35,205 nt of DNA. It comes from a virus. A program made the translations under genes and the position numbers. The stretch spans positions 73,453 to 108,657 of the IMG/VR virus record IMGVR_UViG_2881147464_000001; one strand, given 5' to 3'. This document shows, piece by piece, positions 16,276 to 26,075 of this stretch. How positions within the stretch are numbered: the stretch's first letter is position 1; the number at the start of each line of letters is the position of its first letter. Below the pieces are notes generated by a model, which worked only from the letters and a program-made list of their open reading frames with translations, was not told where the DNA came from and did no database searches.

Positions 16276-19200
16276 ATGGCTACACCGATCGGGTCGCTTT
16301 ACGCCTCGCTAACCATGGACGTGGGGCAGTATGCGTCCGGCTGGGCGCTCGCGGACAGGATCACTGCCCGCGGTGCTGCCAACATCCGCAAGGAAGCTGG
16401 TCTTGCCGAAGCTTCGGTTGCCAGGTTTGCCAAGACCACCGCTGCGTCTTCTGGCATCAAGCCCTATGGTCTGATTGCAGTCTCGCGCGCCTTCGAGCGC
16501 GTCAATGATCGCGTCGGCCTCCTTCGCGGCACCATGTTGGCGACGACTGCCGTGTTTGGCGGTCTCACCGCTGCGCTGTCGTCGAATCTGGTGCTGCGCT
16601 ACGCGGACACCTACAACAATCTGACCAACCAGATTCGCGTCGTCTCCGACGATGCGGCCGATCTTGCTGGCCAGTTGGCGGCAGTACAGGCTGCGGCCGA
16701 CAACAGCCGCTCGTCGCTCCAAGCGACGGCCGTGCTCTATTCGCGCCTAGCCAAGGCCGCCCCAACCAAGGCCAACTCGGAGGTTCTGGAATACGTCCAA
16801 ACCATTCAGAAGGCGCTGGCTCTCGGCGGCGCTACGGCGCAGGAAGCGGCATCGGCCGCCATCCAGTTCTCGCAGGCGATCGCCTCGAACCGGCTTGGCG
16901 GTGAAGAACTGCGCGCAGTGCTTGAGACTCCGCTCGGCCTTGCCTTGGCGAAGGGTCTCGACGTCACCATCGGCAAATTGCGCCAGATGAGCGTCGCCGG
17001 CGAGCTCACCGCAGATAAGGTGCTCGGCGCCCTGTCGAAGATCAAGGGCAGTATCGACGAGCAGTTCGGCAAATCGGTGCTGACCATTGATCAGTCATTG
17101 GTCAAGGCAGACAACCGCCTTACCGAGTACATCGGCACGCTCGACAAGACCTATGGCCTCACGCGAGTCGTGTCAGGCGGCATCCTTGCTTTCGCGAACA
17201 ATATCGACAAGGTCGCTGGCAGCGCAGTAACGCTGGGCCTTGCGCTTGGCTCTGCCTTCGCCGGACGTCTGGCTGGCCGCGGCGTCAGCAAGGGCATCGA
17301 TTCCACGTTCGGAGAGGTGAAGCGGCGAGCCGCCGATGCGCGCGACCAGGTGGAGAAGCTGACCAAGGCGCAGCACGACCTTGTCCAACAGATCGACCGC
17401 GGCACGCGCGCACTCGGCAGTCTGCAAGGTCGTGACAACCTCGAATTCGCCTCGAAATCGGATCTCAAGATCCTTCAGCGCGAAGAGGCCAAGCTTAACA
17501 AGATCCGCGAGGATCGCCTCGCCACCACGACGCGCCTTCGCGATGCCGTCAACGCCGCGAACGCCGTTGAGGTCAAATCCTCGAAGTCGACCATTTCGGC
17601 CGCGGCCAAGATCGTCGAGACGCAAGGCAAGATCGAGGACAGCCTGGCCAGGCAGACGACGCTTACCAATGAGTTGCAGAGGGCGGAGACGCGCCTGACA
17701 GCGGCGAAGGGGCAGCAGACGCTCAACGTCGCGAATATCGGTGCGGTCAAGGAAGCGGAAAAGGACATTACCCGGATCCGCCAGCAGCAGATCGCCGAGA
17801 CGACGAAGGCCTCCCAACTCGAGGAATCCATCGGCAACCAGCGCGTTGCGCTCGCCGGTAAGATCGGCGATGCCGAAGCTAAGGCCGCCGAGACGCGCGC
17901 CAAGTATCAGGCCATTGCCCAAACTGCCTCGAAGCAGACCGCGAAACTCCTTACCGACGAGTATGACCAGACGCAACGCGTCGGGCGCGCGCGCGCGGCG
18001 CTGGGCGAGGTAGGCGCCATCGGCAAGGCGGCCGAAATCCGCACCGCCGAGGCGGCTCTCGGCGGCCTCAGGACTGGTCTAGAGGACACCACGGTATCAC
18101 TTGCGTCGGCGGTCAAAGGCACCAGCACGTTCCGTCAGTCGCTGAGTCTGCTGAAGAATGCCGGCGCTGGTCTGGTTGGGTTCCTTGGCGGCCCGTGGGG
18201 CGTTGCCTTCACCGCAGCCACCTTGGCAATGACCATCTTCGGCATCAGGTCGGCTGAGGCAGCCCAGCAGGCGGAGAACACGAAGAAGGCCTTGAAGGAT
18301 GTGCTTGGCGACGTCGCGAGCGCCGGCGGCGGTGCAGGCCAGGTCGCGGAAGACAGCCTGCGGACCGACGAATTGAAGGGCAATCTCGAGGAAACTCAGA
18401 GCCAGATTAAACTCTTTGCCGACGGCGCCGATCAGCAATCGCACAGGATTCAGGACGCGCTGACGCGCGCATTCGACCCTCTTGTGAACTCGAAGCTGGC
18501 TGGCCGCAGCGACTTCGTCGACCTGTTCTATAGCGCGACGGCAGGCATCAACAACCTGATCAAGCGTATTGGTGCCGGCGAGGTCCAGCTTGAGTTCGTC
18601 AATCGCGAAATTCGCGCCCTGCCGGAGGCTAAATTCCTCGACGACGATCAGATCAAAAAACTGTCCGACGCCGTAAGCGAGGCCGGCAAGTTCGAGCTTG
18701 CCTTGAACAAGAGCAATCTTCGGGCGCAGCAGTTGCAGACCACGCTCGACCGCGGTCTCGGCAATATCAACGTCGAGGCGGAGATCAACAGCGTCGCCCA
18801 ATCCGCCATTGACCACATGGGGCTCTACGAAGAGGCGTTGAAGCAATCCAGGAAGGTTTCCGCAGGTCTTCTGGTCGATCTCCAGAATATCAATGGCGAA
18901 ACGTCGTCCGAGGCCGATATTCGCACGCGCACCGCGGCGATCATGAAGGATAACAAGGATCTGCTCGAAGGCGAGGCTCGCGATGTCGCAATCGTCAGTT
19001 CCGTCCTTCAGACGATCAATTCGAGCTCGGACGAATGGCTGCGATCGACGGAAGCGACGTCGGGTGAGTTTGCTCGCCTGCTCGCCACCGCCAAGCAAAT
19101 CGCGCCGGCGATCGACTTCTCGAAGAAGGGTCTGACTTCGACTCAGGTGGCGGCCGTCACCGACATGCTGACCAAGCAGACGGATCTTGCCAAGAAGGAG

Positions 19201-20541
19201 GCCGATCGCTCGGTCATCGGCGAGCGCGAGCGCTCCATCCTCGAGAAGCAGGATTCGATCCTCGACAGCATCCGGCAGAAGTACGGCACGATTGCCGGCG
19301 TTGATATGAGTCAGGTCAACGCCGCGGCATCGGCTCTTGTGGATTTCGACCGCGGTGCCGGAGCGATCCAACGTGCCGATGCCGCAATCCAAGATCTGAA
19401 AAGCGATACTTCTTCGCTTGGCGTCACTGCCCGGGCCGCAGTCAACAAATATGTCGTATCCTTGAATGGTGCCATCGGGTCGCTCGCGTCCTTCCGGAGC
19501 GCTCAAGCCGACGTTGTTACTCAGATCATCGCCAATCGCGACAACATCAAGGACGTCGAGACGTCCCTTACGTCATATCGCGGCGAATTGGAGCGTTTGG
19601 TTCTCGCCTCTCGTGGCTCACTGTTTGGCAAGCTGGAAAACACGGCCGACGTGCGCAATGAAATCGCGGCCGTAACCGGTGGCATCTTCAATCTCGCCGA
19701 TCGCATGGCCAAGGGCAAACTCAGCGCCCACGATCTTGCCGTCGGCATGGCCGAAATTGAGGCAAAACTCAAAGCCCTTGGTGCCAACGACGACGCCCTC
19801 AATCCGTTCATCCGGAGCGTCTTGGAGGCCATTGCCAAGATCGCCAAACTGACAGGTGCGCTGGATCTGTTGAAGAGGATTCAGGGGACGCTGGGCGGCA
19901 GTACAAGGGCCGGATTGACCGGAACGCTAACCGTCGACGAGGCCACAGGCATTAGAATTCACAGGTTCGGTGGCGATTCTGGTGGCACCTCCGGTGCTGG
20001 CTTTACCCGGGCGATCGAGAACGGCGTAACCGTCACGCGCTTCGGCCAGGATCAGACAACGGCGGCCACCAATGCGGTGGGAGAAAGCGTCGATACAGTC
20101 AATCAGAGCGTGACCAGCGGACTGTCGAATGTTAGCTCCGGCATCTACCAGGTATCGTCTGCCTGCACGGCGATTTACAGGGGGATGTATGACCTCTGGG
20201 AAGGGACCGTCGGCATGGGACCGAATGGCAATGACCCTTACGGGTGGCGCCCTGACGGTGGCCTTAACACCGGCAATATTTCCAAAGAGTCGCACATGTT
20301 CGGCGACGCATGGAGCCCAGAGACGGGCAGCTACGTTTCGAGTTGGGGCATCGGCCATCTCAAAAGGCCGACGATCAATCTCGGACCGCAGGAGACCAGC
20401 AGACAATCCGGAGCGATTGGCAACATCGTCGTTGGCGATATCAACGTCAATGGCATCACCGATGGCGCTGAGGCGGGTCGGCAGGCGGCCTATGAATTCG
20501 TGCGCACCGTCTACGGCGCAATGAGTCAGTTGTCGACATGA
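16276..20541 (+). CDS. Tape measure protein (1421 aa)
   Basis: IGSLYASLTMD start, tape-measure N domain (GGATAQEAASAAIQFSQAIASNRLGGEELRAVLE), long Ala-rich helices and FLGGPWG. Confidence 0.96.
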   Translation: MATPIGSLYASLTMDVGQYASGWALADRITARGAANIRKEAGLAEASVARFAKTTAASSGIKPYGLIAVSRAFERVNDRVGLLRGTMLATTAVFGGLTAALSSNLVLRYADTYNNLTNQIRVVSDDAADLAGQLAAVQAAADNSRSSLQATAVLYSRLAKAAPTKANSEVLEYVQTIQKALALGGATAQEAASAAIQFSQAIASNRLGGEELRAVLETPLGLALAKGLDVTIGKLRQMSVAGELTADKVLGALSKIKGSIDEQFGKSVLTIDQSLVKADNRLTEYIGTLDKTYGLTRVVSGGILAFANNIDKVAGSAVTLGLALGSAFAGRLAGRGVSKGIDSTFGEVKRRAADARDQVEKLTKAQHDLVQQIDRGTRALGSLQGRDNLEFASKSDLKILQREEAKLNKIREDRLATTTRLRDAVNAANAVEVKSSKSTISAAAKIVETQGKIEDSLARQTTLTNELQRAETRLTAAKGQQTLNVANIGAVKEAEKDITRIRQQQIAETTKASQLEESIGNQRVALAGKIGDAEAKAAETRAKYQAIAQTASKQTAKLLTDEYDQTQRVGRARAALGEVGAIGKAAEIRTAEAALGGLRTGLEDTTVSLASAVKGTSTFRQSLSLLKNAGAGLVGFLGGPWGVAFTAATLAMTIFGIRSAEAAQQAENTKKALKDVLGDVASAGGGAGQVAEDSLRTDELKGNLEETQSQIKLFADGADQQSHRIQDALTRAFDPLVNSKLAGRSDFVDLFYSATAGINNLIKRIGAGEVQLEFVNREIRALPEAKFLDDDQIKKLSDAVSEAGKFELALNKSNLRAQQLQTTLDRGLGNINVEAEINSVAQSAIDHMGLYEEALKQSRKVSAGLLVDLQNINGETSSEADIRTRTAAIMKDNKDLLEGEARDVAIVSSVLQTINSSSDEWLRSTEATSGEFARLLATAKQIAPAIDFSKKGLTSTQVAAVTDMLTKQTDLAKKEADRSVIGERERSILEKQDSILDSIRQKYGTIAGVDMSQVNAAASALVDFDRGAGAIQRADAAIQDLKSDTSSLGVTARAAVNKYVVSLNGAIGSLASFRSAQADVVTQIIANRDNIKDVETSLTSYRGELERLVLASRGSLFGKLENTADVRNEIAAVTGGIFNLADRMAKGKLSAHDLAVGMAEIEAKLKALGANDDALNPFIRSVLEAIAKIAKLTGALDLLKRIQGTLGGSTRAGLTGTLTVDEATGIRIHRFGGDSGGTSGAGFTRAIENGVTVTRFGQDQTTAATNAVGESVDTVNQSVTSGLSNVSSGIYQVSSACTAIYRGMYDLWEGTVGMGPNGNDPYGWRPDGGLNTGNISKESHMFGDAWSPETGSYVSSWGIGHLKRPTINLGPQETSRQSGAIGNIVVGDINVNGITDGAEAGRQAAYEFVRTVYGAMSQLST

Positions 20542-21137
20542 CCTATCCCATCTTTCCAAAATCGGCGGCGCTCGGGTTTGTTTCCGAGACCCCCGACTTC
20601 GCATCTGAATTGATTCAGATGAACGGCGGCGGCGTGCGATCAATCGTTCGCCGTAGCCGGCCGCTTCGGCGACTGTCCTTTGCCTACAACAACGGCCTTG
20701 TCGCCAATTTCCGCGCGATCGTCGAAAAGATCGAGGAATGCCGCGGCAGCGGTTACCCGGCCCTGATCAGGGACTGGAGGCACTATTCGGTCGAAGACCA
20801 GGTCTTTGGAACCGGCGATGGCACCACAAATGGCATCCAGTTGGTGATCGCATTTGGCGGCACGCGGCCATACGATTTTCCGGTGAAATTCCTTGATGAG
20901 GACGACGGGGACATCGTCGTCAAGTCGAATGGCGTGGTGAAAGCGATTGCCAGCAAAGTCGATGGACTTGTCGTGCCGACCGCGCCATGGGCAGTCGGAG
21001 AAACCTTGACGTGGACCGGCCGCTATTACGTAGCCTGTCGGCTGGAGGCCTCGGCACAGGGCGTCACGATTGATGGCCCGAACGGTGCCTACGCGACGAT
21101 CCAGACTATGTCGGCGATCGAGGACATAAACGCCTAA
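20538..21137 (+). CDS. Distal tail protein (DUF2460 / RcGTA g12-like)
   Basis: CRGSGYPALIRDW, FGTGDGTT..QLV and LTWTGRYYVACRL; follows the tape measure gene. Confidence 0.85.
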   Translation: MTYPIFPKSAALGFVSETPDFASELIQMNGGGVRSIVRRSRPLRRLSFAYNNGLVANFRAIVEKIEECRGSGYPALIRDWRHYSVEDQVFGTGDGTTNGIQLVIAFGGTRPYDFPVKFLDEDDGDIVVKSNGVVKAIASKVDGLVVPTAPWAVGETLTWTGRYYVACRLEASAQGVTIDGPNGAYATIQTMSAIEDINA

Positions 21138-21991
21138 TGCCGAGATCTGGATTTCCGACCCAACTCCAGACCATGCTGGAGAGGGACACCGTTACGCCCG
21201 TCTGGCTGATTGAGGTCACCAATCGTGTTGGCGCGGTCGTGCGCCTCAGCTCGTCCGGCGAAATGGTCATGACGGCCGGAAGCCCGTCTGAGATTTATCT
21301 CGGCGATCCCGGCTTCAACATGACCAGTGTGACCTATTCGCTGGATGGATTCCCTGCAACGGTGGATGTGACCGTCCCGGTCGATGATCAGGGCCCGATT
21401 TTTTCGGAGGACGTCAAGCGCGGCGTATGGCGCAAGGCAACTGCCGTTCTCTACCTGGCCGACATCGACAACCCGGACTATCGGGAGATCATGGCGACCG
21501 GCTTCATCGGGAAGGTGTCGTTCTCTGATAGCATCTCCGGCACGCTTGAATTCGCCACCAAGGGCGAGCAACTGGGTGATATTGTTCTCGACAAGATTCA
21601 GCCGAAGTGCAACCACGTCTTCGGGTCGGCGGCCTGCGGGTTCGATCTTTCCACTCGAGAATTGTCTGGCACGATCGCTACGGTCACCAGCAACGGCAAG
21701 TTCACGGTCGCGATCTCGAACCCGACGAACATCGACTTCAATTTCGGCGGCGCCATCAAATTCACTTCTGGTGCCAACGCGGGCGACAGCCGCAAGATTC
21801 GGAAATGGACGAGCGGGTCGAGTTTGGTCGAACTGGCAGAGGGTTTCTCTCTCGATGTCGAGATTGGTGATGCCTTCGTGATGCACGGCGGTTGCGCCCG
21901 GACGCGTCTGGTTTGCGTCCAAAATGGACGGAAGAATAGCTTCTCCGGCTATGACCACACTCCTGGCGAGCTCTATGGGGGGCTGAAGTAA
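21137..21991 (+). CDS. Baseplate hub (DUF2163/BR0599, RcGTA g13-like; four conserved Cys, possible Fe-S)
   Basis: QPKCNHVFGSAACG, IKFTSGANAG and VEIGDAF..GGCARTRLVC...FSGYDHTPG. Confidence 0.88.
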   Translation: MPRSGFPTQLQTMLERDTVTPVWLIEVTNRVGAVVRLSSSGEMVMTAGSPSEIYLGDPGFNMTSVTYSLDGFPATVDVTVPVDDQGPIFSEDVKRGVWRKATAVLYLADIDNPDYREIMATGFIGKVSFSDSISGTLEFATKGEQLGDIVLDKIQPKCNHVFGSAACGFDLSTRELSGTIATVTSNGKFTVAISNPTNIDFNFGGAIKFTSGANAGDSRKIRKWTSGSSLVELAEGFSLDVEIGDAFVMHGGCARTRLVCVQNGRKNSFSGYDHTPGELYGGLK

Positions 21992-24900
21992 TGGCTCTGC
22001 CCGGTACTCAGGTCACCGTCGGCCACTGGGTCCAGACCCCGCTACCTCCCCGTGTCGATGATACCATCACTCGCCGAACCGGTCTCGTTACCCCTCCGGC
22101 AATAGGTCGCCCGAAGGCTGCCGTGATAGGCACAGGCCGGGTCGACGGCATCCCCGTCTATGGCCAAGCCAAGACGGTCACGACGACCTACAAAGGCTAC
22201 CGTGTTGGGTCTGAGTTCTATCTGACCTATCCGGAGCCGACCACAGTCGCCACGATCGATGTCGTGTATCTCCTCGCTCGGGATTATTTTGGCCGCGGCT
22301 ACGACATCATCAGAATTGAGGCGGATGGAGAAGTCGTCTTCGACGCTGAGAATGGGGCCATCCCGCGCATCGAGTTTCGCTTCTACAATGGCCTCCAGAC
22401 AACCGTTGACCCCGTTGTCCAGCAGATCGTTGGCGCGAATGCTGGGGCGCACACCGGTGACGTGCTCTTGGTTCTGCCAGACTATCCGGCGGGGCAGGCA
22501 CCGACGATCACCGCGGTGATCTCGAACGCTGCGACCGACAACGGATCGACGCAGGAGATCGCCTGGATCGGCGCTGCGCCGGATACCATGATGCAGGCGC
22601 ATCTTCATGCCTGCTACGATCCGGTCGATGCTGTCATCTATCAGGTGCTGACCGGGTTGGAAATTTCCGGTACGGAGTGCATGCTGTCGGTGCTCGATGC
22701 TGTCAACCATGTCGAACTCTATCGCGTTGGGCTCGAAGACTCGGCGTTCTATTTTGGAGGGTCAGCTTTCGTCAATGCGACCCTTCCGGGGTCGGGTTAT
22801 CTTGTTGTTCGGTTTGCTCTCAGCGGAGAATTGAACTCCCCGACGCGGGTCTACAATGTCGTTACAGGTCAGATAGTCGCCGAATGGCGGGAGGCGTCGA
22901 ACCAATCAATAGTCTGGTCGGCCGCAGAAGCCTTTGGAAACATCTGGGTCATGGTCGGCGACGATCTCGACACCAGCGGCGGACAATTCCCGGTATTCGC
23001 CACCATCGACATTGCCCTTGGCACCATAGATGTTTTCATCTCGCCGGTCGATTATACATCGACGGTTGGCAGTGGCGGACGGGTCTCGACGAGTTCAGCT
23101 TCTTTCTTTGTTAGGACCGGCAACACTATTACAGAAGCCGTATTCGATGGAGATGGCTGGATTTTCCAAACCGCATATCAGGGGGTCGGCACTATAACCG
23201 GCCTCCACTATGATCCGCTGACCGAGTATCTACTTGTGCTTGAGGAGATCCCTTCTGGCACCTTCAATGTCTATCTTGTTACTCCTGACACGGGATCTAT
23301 CGCTGAAGCCTTTACGATTTCCCTGCGGCTGTTTCCGTTGGACGGCATTATTGGGAAGCAGGAGAACAGCTACCCACGGCCAGGCTATGCGCTGTTTAGT
23401 TCCGGTTCAAGCTCCGAGGATCTTTGGGCAATCGACATCATTGCGCACACCGCAACCAAGCTGGCAGATGTCAATTCGGAAACTGGACAGCAGATCGACT
23501 ACGGCTTCTACGATCAGGCGCGCCTGTCCTATTTCATGGCGGCGGGCGACACCGTGTGGACCGAATATACGATTCCAGGAACCACGCCGGGCCAGATCAC
23601 GACACGCAACCATATCTTGGATCTCATCACCGTTCTTGGGCCCTATATGGTCGATCATGTCCGCTTTTCAGGATTTGAGGGTCTTTCCGATTGGGGAGAC
23701 GTGATCGACAAGGACACCAGCATTCGGACGCTGCTGCGGACCTATCAGGATCCGCTTGGTTTTGTCTGGTCTGACGTCGGCAACGAGATCGTGTTCCGGA
23801 AAACGCCAACTGACGGGTCGTTCGTGGTTGACGAGGCGCTCGCCGATACCGATCTCGTCTTCAAGGCCAACGGCTCGATCATCTCTGACGACGACAGCGA
23901 CCTAACCAGGGTCGCAAGGGTTACGCTGGAATACACCTCAAAGGAGGACAATTATCAGCAGCGCACCGTCTACGCGGATTCTTTCGACGAACTCTACGAT
24001 GTCACTCGATCGACGAAGGAGGTGAATTTCTCCACGTCTATGGTGCTTTCGGATGCCGATGGTGAGCGCCTTGTCTGGGAAATTCTGTGGCGCCAGCAGG
24101 CTAAGGAACGGGCGCATCGTTTCTCGACCTTTTCCGATTTTGCGCATCTAATCCCGGGCGACGTCATCAGCGTACCTTCAGGCGACATCACCTATACCGT
24201 CGAACTTGCGAAGGTGAACATCAAGGAAAATCTGGTCATCGAGTTCGAGGCGCGGGACTTCCAGACGTCACTCTCGGCGGATGTGGCAGCGGTTTCGAAC
24301 TCAGGGTTCTCCGGTATCAACTCGGTCTCGCTGCAATCGCAGTATGTGCATCTCGACATTCCGCTCTTGCGCTACGCCGACGACGCCGGCGGCACTTCGC
24401 TGGTTCAGTATGGTGTCGTCGCCGGGCGCGGTCAGCCGAATTGGGGCGGCGGCTCGCTCTATCGTGGGGATACCGCAAACGCTTTCGCCGTGATGTACGA
24501 TCAAGCGCCGCATACGGCCTTCATCGGCAGCTGCGCGACTGCGCTTCCAGACAATCCCAATCCGTTTGCTGGCGACTTTTCCAGCAGTATCGTAGTCCGG
24601 AAGATCTCCGGCGATGCGCCAACGGCGGCGACGGAGGCGGAGGTCATGCTCGGCAGCAACCTTGCCTTTGTCGGCAAAGAGGGACGCTGGGAGGGGCTGG
24701 GATTCACAACGGTCGTCGACAATGGAGACGGCACCTATACGATGTCCGGCTTTCCTGTGCGCGGCTGGCGCGGCACGGAGGTCTATGGCGGCCAGCATGA
24801 GGCTGGCGATCTCTTCGTCCTGATCAGCCCGGAATGGGTGAAGAAGCTTCTTCATCCGACGACCGATCTCGACTTGACGAAGTTTTACAAGGCCGTCGGC

Positions 24901-25296
24901 TTCGGCGGGTCGCTCGCCAGTGCCGTTGCCATCGCGCACGCCATTCCTGGTGCCGCCGAGAAACCATATGCCGTGGTCAACATCGCCAGCGAGCTTTCCG
25001 TTGGGGACACAGTTGTCACGTTCGACTATCGCAGCCGCCTGTCGGCTTGGGAAATGTTCAGTTCTGCGCCTGACTGCGGTGAAGCTACGCTGGCCTTCGA
25101 AATCGACGTGATGGACGCGGGTTCGCCAAATACGGCGCTTCACACCTATCCAGTCACCGCCAACGAATGGACCTACACGGCCGCGCAGAAGGTGACTGAC
25201 TGGGGCACCCCGCCGGCCGAGGCAACCATCCGTATTTACATGATCTCGGCGGTCGCCGGCCGCGGACACGTCGCCGAGGCGATCATCCCTCTTTGA
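21991..25296 (+). CDS. Tail tip / megatron-like protein (Phage-tail_3 plus RcGTA g15-like C-terminus, 1101 aa)
   Basis: IIRIEADGEVVFD, FRFYNG..TVDP, LIPGDVI, LDIPLLR, WGGGSLYRG, GSNLAFVG...WE and VRGWRGTE...HEAGDLFVLI. Confidence 0.88.
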   Translation: MALPGTQVTVGHWVQTPLPPRVDDTITRRTGLVTPPAIGRPKAAVIGTGRVDGIPVYGQAKTVTTTYKGYRVGSEFYLTYPEPTTVATIDVVYLLARDYFGRGYDIIRIEADGEVVFDAENGAIPRIEFRFYNGLQTTVDPVVQQIVGANAGAHTGDVLLVLPDYPAGQAPTITAVISNAATDNGSTQEIAWIGAAPDTMMQAHLHACYDPVDAVIYQVLTGLEISGTECMLSVLDAVNHVELYRVGLEDSAFYFGGSAFVNATLPGSGYLVVRFALSGELNSPTRVYNVVTGQIVAEWREASNQSIVWSAAEAFGNIWVMVGDDLDTSGGQFPVFATIDIALGTIDVFISPVDYTSTVGSGGRVSTSSASFFVRTGNTITEAVFDGDGWIFQTAYQGVGTITGLHYDPLTEYLLVLEEIPSGTFNVYLVTPDTGSIAEAFTISLRLFPLDGIIGKQENSYPRPGYALFSSGSSSEDLWAIDIIAHTATKLADVNSETGQQIDYGFYDQARLSYFMAAGDTVWTEYTIPGTTPGQITTRNHILDLITVLGPYMVDHVRFSGFEGLSDWGDVIDKDTSIRTLLRTYQDPLGFVWSDVGNEIVFRKTPTDGSFVVDEALADTDLVFKANGSIISDDDSDLTRVARVTLEYTSKEDNYQQRTVYADSFDELYDVTRSTKEVNFSTSMVLSDADGERLVWEILWRQQAKERAHRFSTFSDFAHLIPGDVISVPSGDITYTVELAKVNIKENLVIEFEARDFQTSLSADVAAVSNSGFSGINSVSLQSQYVHLDIPLLRYADDAGGTSLVQYGVVAGRGQPNWGGGSLYRGDTANAFAVMYDQAPHTAFIGSCATALPDNPNPFAGDFSSSIVVRKISGDAPTAATEAEVMLGSNLAFVGKEGRWEGLGFTTVVDNGDGTYTMSGFPVRGWRGTEVYGGQHEAGDLFVLISPEWVKKLLHPTTDLDLTKFYKAVGFGGSLASAVAIAHAIPGAAEKPYAVVNIASELSVGDTVVTFDYRSRLSAWEMFSSAPDCGEATLAFEIDVMDAGSPNTALHTYPVTANEWTYTAAQKVTDWGTPPAEATIRIYMISAVAGRGHVAEAIIPL

Positions 25297-25304
25297 GGTA
25301 ATCC

Positions 25305-26075
25305 ATGACAATCGAGCAGAAGATACCGCAGGCGGTTCCGGTCGCTCAGGCGCAGGTCACCGACGGTGTCACGGCGGTCAACAATCGCGACAATCGTATC
25401 GAATCCGCAGCGTTTGGGTTCGTCGATGTTTCGATCGATGGCACGACCGAGACGCTGACGTCGGCCGCCTTCTGGGAGGGCTCATATCTCAAGCTGATTG
25501 CCGGTTCGCCAGCACCGAGCGGCTCCGTTACGCTGAATGTTCCAGCCGAAGAGCGTGGGCTATTTACCGTGCTCAACAGCTGCGGACAGACGGTCACAGT
25601 TCAGGTGTCGGGACAGTCCGCCACACCGCCGACGGTGGCAAATGGCGATGTCGCCACCTTCGTATCTGACGGCGTCAATGTTCGCACTGCGGCCGGTGCC
25701 AGCGGCTCGGCACCGTCGCAGCCCTACGACTACCCTGTAGCTGTCAGTGATGAGACCACAGTTCTTACCTCTGGCACCGCCAAGGTGAAGTTCAGATGGC
25801 CGAGAGGTTTCACGCTATCCAGCGTTCGCGCCTCGCTAAACACAGCCTCCGATTCTGGCGGCATCGTCCAGGTCGACGTCAATCAGAACGGCGTGTCCAT
25901 CTTCTCAACTCCACTGACTGTTGATGCGCTCGAGAAGACGTCAACGACCGCCACGACGGCGGCGGTGTTAAGCACGACGGCAATGACCGATGATGCAGAG
26001 GTGTCAGTCGACATCGACGACGCTGGAGCGGGTGCCGCCGGTCTGAAACTCGTCTTCATCGGCACTCTATCGTGA
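25305..26075 (+). CDS. Tail fibre/adaptor protein
   Basis: N-terminal AQAQ..VN baseplate-anchor-like segment and a C-terminal jelly-roll-like domain (SDETTVLTSGTAKVKFRWP..GLKLVFIG). GAGG RBS. Confidence 0.65.
   Translation: MTIEQKIPQAVPVAQAQVTDGVTAVNNRDNRIESAAFGFVDVSIDGTTETLTSAAFWEGSYLKLIAGSPAPSGSVTLNVPAEERGLFTVLNSCGQTVTVQVSGQSATPPTVANGDVATFVSDGVNVRTAAGASGSAPSQPYDYPVAVSDETTVLTSGTAKVKFRWPRGFTLSSVRASLNTASDSGGIVQVDVNQNGVSIFSTPLTVDALEKTSTTATTAAVLSTTAMTDDAEVSVDIDDAGAGAAGLKLVFIGTLS

Noticed and set aside
4326-25296. Gene transfer agent cluster
   Set aside because: It has RcGTA-like baseplate and spike genes, but the 1421-aa tape measure, gp10, linked lysis cassette, morons and nucleotide genes fit a genuine phage.
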